From Bacteroidales bacterium (GTDB lineage: Bacteria > Bacteroidota > Bacteroidia > Bacteroidales > UBA7332): 24,000 bases of DNA. Each line of letters starts with the position of its first letter. Position 1 is the first letter of the stretch. The translations under genes were made by a program, and so were the position numbers. Below the pieces are notes generated by a model. It worked only from the letters and a program-made list of their open reading frames with translations, ran no database searches and was not told where the DNA came from. The DNA is taken from NCBI GenBank assembly GCA_049315325.1, contig JBMOKJ010000003.1, forward strand, positions 30,913-54,912, in the 5' to 3' direction. Positions 17,730 through 24,000 of the stretch are shown here, piece by piece.

Positions 17730-18524
17730 ATGAGAAAATTTATTACTTATGTTTCGTTTGCCAGGTTGGCCAATCTAGAATTTATGCGATTGGTGATGAA
17801 GCTGGTGCATGTGGTTGCCAAACACGATCCGGCAGCCCTCAAAATTGAAGGAGTGTATAACTTGTTGGTGGCTTTACTCCCCAAGCTGAAAACCCTACAA
17901 GTGAAATCGAGTAAACATCCGAACAGCACGGAGCTAAAGGTTTTGCGACTAAAACGTCGAAGCCTGTTGGTGGTGATTACGGGTAAAATGCGTCTGCTGC
18001 CCAAGGCTCAGGTAGATGTGTTGAGTGCACCTTCTGCTTTGGTATTGCCGCTGCTCGAGAAGTATCTCAAAAACATCGTGGCCGACAAGCTGAATACGCA
18101 GTCGGAGAAAATCAACGAACTGTTTGATGAGTTGAACGGCAATGCGGCGGTGAATGCGGCACTTGCGACCCTCGGTCTGAAGCCTTATTTCGATGAGTTG
18201 AAAGCGATACAAAGCTCTATTGAGCAGACGGGCGACGCGCAGTTGGAAAATAAATCGGTAAAAAAATTGAAGGTGTTGAATCACGAGATCAGAGCTGAGT
18301 TGTACGATGCGATGACAGATTTGTTCAATGCTATCGAAATTGCCAAAAAAGAGAACAAAGAGTTGGACTACACTGCGCTAATCAGTGAGGTGAACGAATT
18401 GTTGAAGCCTTACCAGACGGACATTAAATCGCGCAGCACGCGTTCGAAAAATGCGTTATTAGCTGCTGATAAGTCAGACGCAGAAATTGCTGCATCACCT
18501 ACCACCGATAGCTTGGCGGTGTAG
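17730..18524 (+). CDS. DUF6261-like alpha-helical protein of unknown function
   Basis: 264 aa from MRKFITYVSFARLANLEFMRLVMKLVHV. The helix-rich composition and N-terminal pattern resemble the Bacteroidetes DUF6261 family (family call from memory, tentative). ATG 17730 is preferred over the ORF start at 17664. Confidence 0.7.
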   Translation: MRKFITYVSFARLANLEFMRLVMKLVHVVAKHDPAALKIEGVYNLLVALLPKLKTLQVKSSKHPNSTELKVLRLKRRSLLVVITGKMRLLPKAQVDVLSAPSALVLPLLEKYLKNIVADKLNTQSEKINELFDELNGNAAVNAALATLGLKPYFDELKAIQSSIEQTGDAQLENKSVKKLKVLNHEIRAELYDAMTDLFNAIEIAKKENKELDYTALISEVNELLKPYQTDIKSRSTRSKNALLAADKSDAEIAASPTTDSLAV

Positions 18525-18556
18525 GATTTGATTCTTATTCCCTTTTTTAATTGATT

Positions 18557-18587
18557 GCCCCACATGCCTGTTTGTGGGGCTTTTTTT
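18557..18587 (+). terminator. Rho-independent terminator after the DUF6261-like gene
   Basis: GCCCCACA-TGCCTGTT-TGTGGGGC followed by T7. Confidence 0.88.
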
Positions 18588-19052
18588 GATTAGTATAATC
18601 ACGGTAGGCAGAATAGCAAGATCTGAGGGCTATGTGGAACTACACATGACAATTAATACATTTTTTGGCAAATATTCTCATAAAAACCAAAATGATTAGT
18701 AGAGCTCATCTTATAGCCAACTCAATTAGTAACTTTGCTTTATTTGTGATTATAAATTTCTAAGTCGCACCTCTATTTTTAATTTTACACATCAAAGCCA
18801 CAAGAATAGTCTGAAAAATAGTCGTGTTTTTTTTGAAAGAAAATTGTTTTAATTTTGTTATATCGAAAAAAACGATTTGTTAAATTTCTTTTGCACGGTT
18901 TCTTTTTGTTTTTACGCATTTGAATTATATCGTTTAACAAATGATCAATTCTTGCAGAGTTGAAGTTTGATTGAGCTTGTTCAATGCTTTATTTTTATTG
19001 TATTATTTTGTTTTTCTGCTAAATATCAATTTGATTATCATTTAATTTTCTT

Positions 19053-21155
19053 ATGAATAAGTCTTTGAAAGAATTTGATCTTGGTAAAAAAAAGTGGTTT
19101 CTTTTTTTGATTTTAATGATTGCTACCTTTCATCATGGTTTTGGAAAGAATATAATGAAAAATTCTATCCTTGAACAGAAATTGGCTAAATGCCTACAAC
19201 TAATTCAGAATCAGAAATACAGTGAATTACTTCCTATTGCACGTGCAGGTGCAGCAATGAGCGGAACTAATTTAGAGAAACTATCATCTTTTTACTATTA
19301 TGAAGGATGTGCGTTTCAATTTTCTGAAAAACTAAATGATTCGGCCACTTATTGTTTCGAAAAAAGTTTGTATTTTTCAAAAAAATCTAACTTCGTAGGT
19401 CAACTGGCAATAACCAGTCGTCAGTTAATGTTTTTGTATTATATTCAAAATGAAAGAAAGAAACAGACTTTATTGGCAGAAATTCTTCAATCGATTTACA
19501 AAAAAACAACCAATAAAAAGATTTGTGCATCTTTACTTTATGCTATCTGCGATTACGATTTATATAACGAGCACTTTGATACTTTTACCAATCATGCATT
19601 AGACTGCATCAATCTGCTTCAATCCGACACCGTTATCACGCCTCAATCTAGAAAAGATATAGGTGGACTGTATATCAAAATATCGCGTTCTTTTGATAGT
19701 ATGCATCAACTTGATAAGGCGATTGAGTATTGTCAGTTGGCTGAAAATCAGTTTGAATCTTTAGATCTGGAAGAAATTTCTATAACCAATAATCTATTTG
19801 TCCGTTATTATGTGCAGAAAGGAAGCATTGAAAAAGCGCTGTTATATCTTTCGAAAATTGAAGCTCTAAATACAAATTCTTCGTTTAAAGAACTAGCTTT
19901 GGGCAATTCTTATAATTGTTTGGCTGAATACTACATTAAGGTAAATAATCTAAATCAATCGATGAGTTTTTCGAAAAAAGCGATTAAATTTAGTGAGTTG
20001 TCGAAGGATGGAGAATTATTATCGATAGCCAAAGTGCTATTTGCGAAAATATTATACTATAAGAAAGAATACGACAAAGCCATTTTGGTTCTAAAAGCAG
20101 TCGAATATGAAACAAAAAAATACAACAAACAAACTTATTTATTTTTGACAGATATTCTTGCAAAGTGTTATAAAGCAAAAGGCGATTACAGAAATGCATC
20201 CATTTATCAAGATAAAACATCGCTGCTTAACGATTCAATATTGAAAGCATCTTCAAATGAAAATATAGCCAAAGCCGAAGCAACTTTTCAAAATAAACTG
20301 AAACAGGAGAAGATAAATTCCTTGATTGCACAGAACAAAATAGCTACTTTGGAAAAAATGGAGGCAAAATCAAAATTATTGGTTCTTCTTTTGTGTATGA
20401 TTATTGCAATGTTGGTGGGAGGGGCACTATACTTTCAGGGTAGAAATCGAAAAAAAGCTAACGTCCGTTTACAAAAGCTTAATGATGAGTTGGACGAGGC
20501 CAATCGAGTTAAGATGCGATTTTTTGGCATACTTAATCACGACTTGCGAAGTCCGCTTTCTAATTTGATTCAAATAATTGAGCTAAAAAACTCAGAATCT
20601 GAATTAATTGATAGACCTACAATGTCTCGATTGGAGCAGAGTGCGCTACTATCGGCAACAAATTTACTAACGTCGATGGAGGATATGCTTTTGTGGGGAA
20701 AAGGGCAGATGAGCAATTTTGAGCCCCATATAGAAGTTGTTTCAGTGGGAGATTTGTTTAGCTACATTGCTACATACTTCGAAAGTGAAAAAGAGGTGTC
20801 GTTTCAGTTTGAAGATTACGAAAGTTTATTGGTGACAACCGACGAAAATATTTTGAAGACCATTCTTCGCAATCTTACATCTAATGCGATTAAAGCTTTA
20901 AAAACAACAGAAACCCCGCTGATAATCTGGAAGGCTTGGAAGCAAGAAAACTGCATTTGTCTTTCGATTACCGACAATGGTCCAGGTATTTCTAATAATC
21001 AACTTAAAGCACTTTATAATGTGAATGAAGTAATTGGTGTGAAAAATGGTTTAGGGCTTCATCTGATACGAGATCTGACCGTATTATTATCTTGCCAGAT
21101 TGAGCTTGAAAGTAACAATTCTATTGGCACTTCTTTTGTCTTGAAATTTAACTGA
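19053..21155 (+). CDS. TPR-containing sensor histidine kinase
   Basis: 700 aa with an N-terminal signal/TM, TPR-like repeats, a TM (LLVLLLCMIIAMLVGGALYF), the H-box FGILNHDLRSPLSNLIQ, N-box LRNLTSNAIKAL, and G-boxes DNGPGIS and GLGLHLI. Confidence 0.93.
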   Translation: MNKSLKEFDLGKKKWFLFLILMIATFHHGFGKNIMKNSILEQKLAKCLQLIQNQKYSELLPIARAGAAMSGTNLEKLSSFYYYEGCAFQFSEKLNDSATYCFEKSLYFSKKSNFVGQLAITSRQLMFLYYIQNERKKQTLLAEILQSIYKKTTNKKICASLLYAICDYDLYNEHFDTFTNHALDCINLLQSDTVITPQSRKDIGGLYIKISRSFDSMHQLDKAIEYCQLAENQFESLDLEEISITNNLFVRYYVQKGSIEKALLYLSKIEALNTNSSFKELALGNSYNCLAEYYIKVNNLNQSMSFSKKAIKFSELSKDGELLSIAKVLFAKILYYKKEYDKAILVLKAVEYETKKYNKQTYLFLTDILAKCYKAKGDYRNASIYQDKTSLLNDSILKASSNENIAKAEATFQNKLKQEKINSLIAQNKIATLEKMEAKSKLLVLLLCMIIAMLVGGALYFQGRNRKKANVRLQKLNDELDEANRVKMRFFGILNHDLRSPLSNLIQIIELKNSESELIDRPTMSRLEQSALLSATNLLTSMEDMLLWGKGQMSNFEPHIEVVSVGDLFSYIATYFESEKEVSFQFEDYESLLVTTDENILKTILRNLTSNAIKALKTTETPLIIWKAWKQENCICLSITDNGPGISNNQLKALYNVNEVIGVKNGLGLHLIRDLTVLLSCQIELESNNSIGTSFVLKFN

Positions 21156-21338
21156 TGGTTCAATGCAATCTTTATTTATGTTTCAGAAGTCAAATAGTAT
21201 GTTCATAGGCAGCGAATAGTTTTTAAAGCTAGTTTTCGCTATTTATAATCTTGATGGAATTCTTTTTTATGGTTCTTAATAATGTTTTGGAAAAGTTAAA
21301 AAGAAGGAGAGTATCCTTATTTCCGTTTTAATTAGATT

Positions 21339-21367
21339 GCTCCACTACTGTTTGCGGGGCTTTTTTT
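21339..21367 (+). terminator. Degenerate terminator-like hairpin, related to 18557-18587
   Basis: GCTCC..GGGGC stem with a G-T pair, then T7. The flanking sequence resembles that around 18557-18587. Confidence 0.5.
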
Positions 21368-21470
21368 GTTTAGCATTAACAGGCAGGAGGTTATATTGTG
21401 TTGGATACAATAGTCCATGAACCCACTTGTCGGAGAAGTAGAGAGTGATTATTGCATAATAACACCTTTT

Positions 21471-22421
21471 TTAATTGGCTTTCAATATCTCTTTCAAAGC
21501 TAATGAATATTTCAATTCCATTGGTATCACTTTATGAGGTGCTACACCTTTATCTTCAATTAAATTATGCTCTACGTCGGCTTCTTGCCACGTTGAAATC
21601 GTATAGCTCCACCCATTATCAAGCACGAAATTCTCAGGAAACCCTGATGCTCCACCAGTATTGACTCCAATAAGTGTGCAACCGGGTATTGATTTTAGCA
21701 TCAAGGCAAAAGCTTCGGTAGAACTGAAACAATTGGCATTGATAATAGTCACTAATGGTTTAGAATAAAAGATGCAATGATCGGGTACTAATTTGGCATT
21801 TACCCAGTCGGTAAAGTGATTTCGACCTTCTCCTGTTGTGTAACGGACTGACTTAAATGTTATCGTATCTTTTACAAATCGTTGCACAAAATTCCTTGCA
21901 TACTTTTCGTTGCCACCATAGTTATCAGATAGGTCTACAATTAACCCTTTTGATTTTGAAATATTATTCCAAAACCGATTATTAAAGATTATTTCAGCAC
22001 CAAGACTTTTAATTCTTAGTAGCAGGACGCTATCACTGTTCATCAACATATCTGCCGCTTTGTTTGTGAAAACAACAGTTGGGAATAATTTCTTGAAACC
22101 CTCTTCTTTACTTGTATTCTGAAGTTTTGAATAACGATAAACCCCATAAGAAGTAGTCAACGAAACATGACAATCCTTTAGACAGCCAATGACTTCGGCG
22201 AATAAGAGCGCCTCTTTTTTAGCAGTAAGTCTTTTCGAAAATTTAGTAGAGTACACTTTTTTGATAGAATCCCAATCAATGTTTTTTTCTTTAAAATAGG
22301 AATAATTCAAATCAAAATCGCTCCAAAGTTTTTGAAACCTTGAATTTGCAATCTGCTCATTTTGGCTGTAACAAGCAATGGCACTAACCCAAATCAGTAA
22401 AGTCAAAATCCTCAAATTCAT
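21471..22421 (-). CDS. Secreted S41 family peptidase
   Basis: Likely start is MNLRILTLLIWVSAIACYSQ (signal peptide) at 22421. S41 core: KGLIVDLSDNYGGNEKYARNFVQRF and INANCFSSTEAFALMLKSIPGCTLIGVNTGGASG. Confidence 0.88.
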   Translation of the reverse strand: MNLRILTLLIWVSAIACYSQNEQIANSRFQKLWSDFDLNYSYFKEKNIDWDSIKKVYSTKFSKRLTAKKEALLFAEVIGCLKDCHVSLTTSYGVYRYSKLQNTSKEEGFKKLFPTVVFTNKAADMLMNSDSVLLLRIKSLGAEIIFNNRFWNNISKSKGLIVDLSDNYGGNEKYARNFVQRFVKDTITFKSVRYTTGEGRNHFTDWVNAKLVPDHCIFYSKPLVTIINANCFSSTEAFALMLKSIPGCTLIGVNTGGASGFPENFVLDNGWSYTISTWQEADVEHNLIEDKGVAPHKVIPMELKYSLALKEILKAN

Positions 22422-22428
22422 GATAGTA

Positions 22429-23124
22429 TTAGTTATTTTTTTTTTCGAATTTAAGATCGCAGCAGCACGCTCCATTTGCTAAAGTGCCTTGCCGACTGTA
22501 TTTGATTCCGTATTTCTCGAAATAGAGTGGATACGCCAAGTCATCGGCATAACAATTTGGAATGCAAGCTTCGGGCACGACCATTTTCGTTGCTAGTTCG
22601 AGCCATATACACCATCGTATATCCAACTGAAAAACATCTTTGTTGTTCTTGGTCAGATGCATATCTAGGCAACCGGCTTTGCGACATGATTCTGGCAGTG
22701 GCGCGAAATAGTTTCGGAAAAATTCAAAATTATTGCCGTATTCATCTATAGCCTCTTGTTCGGGTGTAGACTTGGAGAAAGCTTCCACCACGGTGGCCTC
22801 CATTACACGTTTCATAATATCGATAGCACGCGCAGTATTCAATACTTTCGATAAAGCAGAGAACATCGAAATATATTCCAATTGCTGATTTAGAAATGCC
22901 ATATTGGTCATTCCTCTAGCTTTAATATCCGAAAGATCTAGTTTTTGAGCTTTTCGATTCTCCTTGTAATACAAGAATACCAATTTCAGCTTTTGCATAA
23001 AAGAGAGCTCTTGAAATATTATCTTTTGCGAAACGGCTTTTAGTTTTTTCTTAAAGGTATCGTCCCAATTAGCCTCTAAATCGCTGATTGCAATACCATA
23101 TCCTTTCACTTCTTCTATTTTCAT
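22429..23124 (-). CDS. L-2-amino-thiazoline-4-carboxylic acid hydrolase (ATC hydrolase)-like protein
   Basis: 231 aa. The C-terminal signature ACIPNCYADDLAYPLYFEKYGIKYSRQGTLANGACCCDLKF matches the ATC_hydrolase family pattern (C-xYADD...G...TLA.GA..CD). Confidence 0.78.
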   Translation of the reverse strand: MKIEEVKGYGIAISDLEANWDDTFKKKLKAVSQKIIFQELSFMQKLKLVFLYYKENRKAQKLDLSDIKARGMTNMAFLNQQLEYISMFSALSKVLNTARAIDIMKRVMEATVVEAFSKSTPEQEAIDEYGNNFEFFRNYFAPLPESCRKAGCLDMHLTKNNKDVFQLDIRWCIWLELATKMVVPEACIPNCYADDLAYPLYFEKYGIKYSRQGTLANGACCCDLKFEKKNN

Positions 23125-23147
23125 ACTTTTTGTGTGCGTGTTGTTAT

Positions 23148-24000
23148 CTATTTCAGTAATTTAATTGCTTGTTCGAGCTGCTTATCTACTCCGTTGGCAA
23201 CATCGGCAGCGGTCTGAGGCACCACAATATCAGGAACGATGCCGTTCCACTCTACCATTTTGCTATCTTTTGATTGCACGAAAAAGGCATACGGCATTCT
23301 GATTCTTTTTCGGCTGGGTAGTGTGAAGAATTGAGTTGATCCACCGCCTCCACCTGTCGTATCGCCTACGGTAGTTACATTTGGCAATTGCTTCATCAGA
23401 TCGGGTAGCAGCTCAGCACAACTAAAACTCGCACCATTGATAAGTATCACAACTGGTTTGTAATACTTTACAAAACCTGATGGTTGTATTTGCAGTTGAC
23501 TATTTATCGTTCCGTCTTTGTAATAAAAGGTTTCGGTGATGTGTGTCGATATGAAGCGACTAATGATGACGTCTGAAATGTTGGATGAACCGCCACCGTT
23601 GTTTCGCACATCGAGAATAAGCCCTTTTGTGTTTGATAAGTCGCGCAATATCTTGTCAATATCGGTAGCCCAATCGCCCTCTTCGAACGACGACAAATAG
23701 ATGTATCCAGCGTTATTGGGTAAAATACCGTACGCAAAATTACCCTCACCAGCTAATTGTAGTTTTTGATTGAAATAGGTGCTTATCACCACTTGGCTAA
23801 ACGAGGTATGATCTTTGTAGCGCGGCCAGATGTAGGTCTGCATAGGAAAACCACCTTCGGTAATCAGTTGGATATGACCGTCTTTGAGGTTGCTGAGCAA
23901 CGAATGAAAAACAGGATAAACCTCATCGCCCTGCGCCTGATCTACACGCGGTTGATAAGCACTGACTAAACTATCCCAATTGATGTGTTTGAATTTCAAA
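23148..24000 (-). CDS. S41 family peptidase (N-terminus probably beyond window edge)
   Basis: NTKGLILDVRNNGGGSSNISDVIISRF and VILINGASFSCAELLPDLMKQLPNVTTVGDTTGGGG are the S41 core. The listed first codon at 23999 is TTG and no signal peptide is visible, so the gene is likely truncated. Confidence 0.85.
   Translation of the reverse strand, partial: LKFKHINWDSLVSAYQPRVDQAQGDEVYPVFHSLLSNLKDGHIQLITEGGFPMQTYIWPRYKDHTSFSQVVISTYFNQKLQLAGEGNFAYGILPNNAGYIYLSSFEEGDWATDIDKILRDLSNTKGLILDVRNNGGGSSNISDVIISRFISTHITETFYYKDGTINSQLQIQPSGFVKYYKPVVILINGASFSCAELLPDLMKQLPNVTTVGDTTGGGGGSTQFFTLPSRKRIRMPYAFFVQSKDSKMVEWNGIVPDIVVPQTAADVANGVDKQLEQAIKLLK

Noticed and set aside
21452-21664. 70 aa plus-strand ORF near the kinase 3' region
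   Set aside because: It is antisense to the S41 peptidase C-terminus, with no support.

Overview
This 24 kb window is from a Bacteroidetes-like chromosome, judging by the recF/DUF721/TPR/ribH neighbourhood, the T9SS-like tail and the gene families present. The left third (0-6.7 kb) is core genome: a ComEB-type dCMP deaminase, an S41 peptidase, a convergent recF-DUF721-thioesterase-5-FCL operon, a TPR protein, ribH, tRNA-Tyr, tRNA-Gly and a rhodanese protein. The middle holds a TIG/kelch lipoprotein with an outer-membrane barrel protein, an asymmetric heterodimeric ABC exporter, a small DUF559-type endonuclease-like gene beside an inverted pair of GC-rich palindromic repeats, and an internally duplicated secreted protein. 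The right part has a DUF6261-like helical protein with a very unusual ~1 kb non-coding leader, a TPR sensor histidine kinase, and an S41 peptidase / ATC-hydrolase-like / S41 peptidase operon. The strongest unexplained signal is the leader at 16.74-17.73 kb. It contains a degenerate array of nine GA(CC/GG)TCAA-headed units at a strict 42-43 bp period (16862-17209), a 9 bp inverted repeat, a cluster of ~20 bp TGACAGA repeats and a sigma-54-like motif, all upstream of the DUF6261-like gene. It does not fit CRISPR or coding sequence and is my main candidate for an undescribed element.
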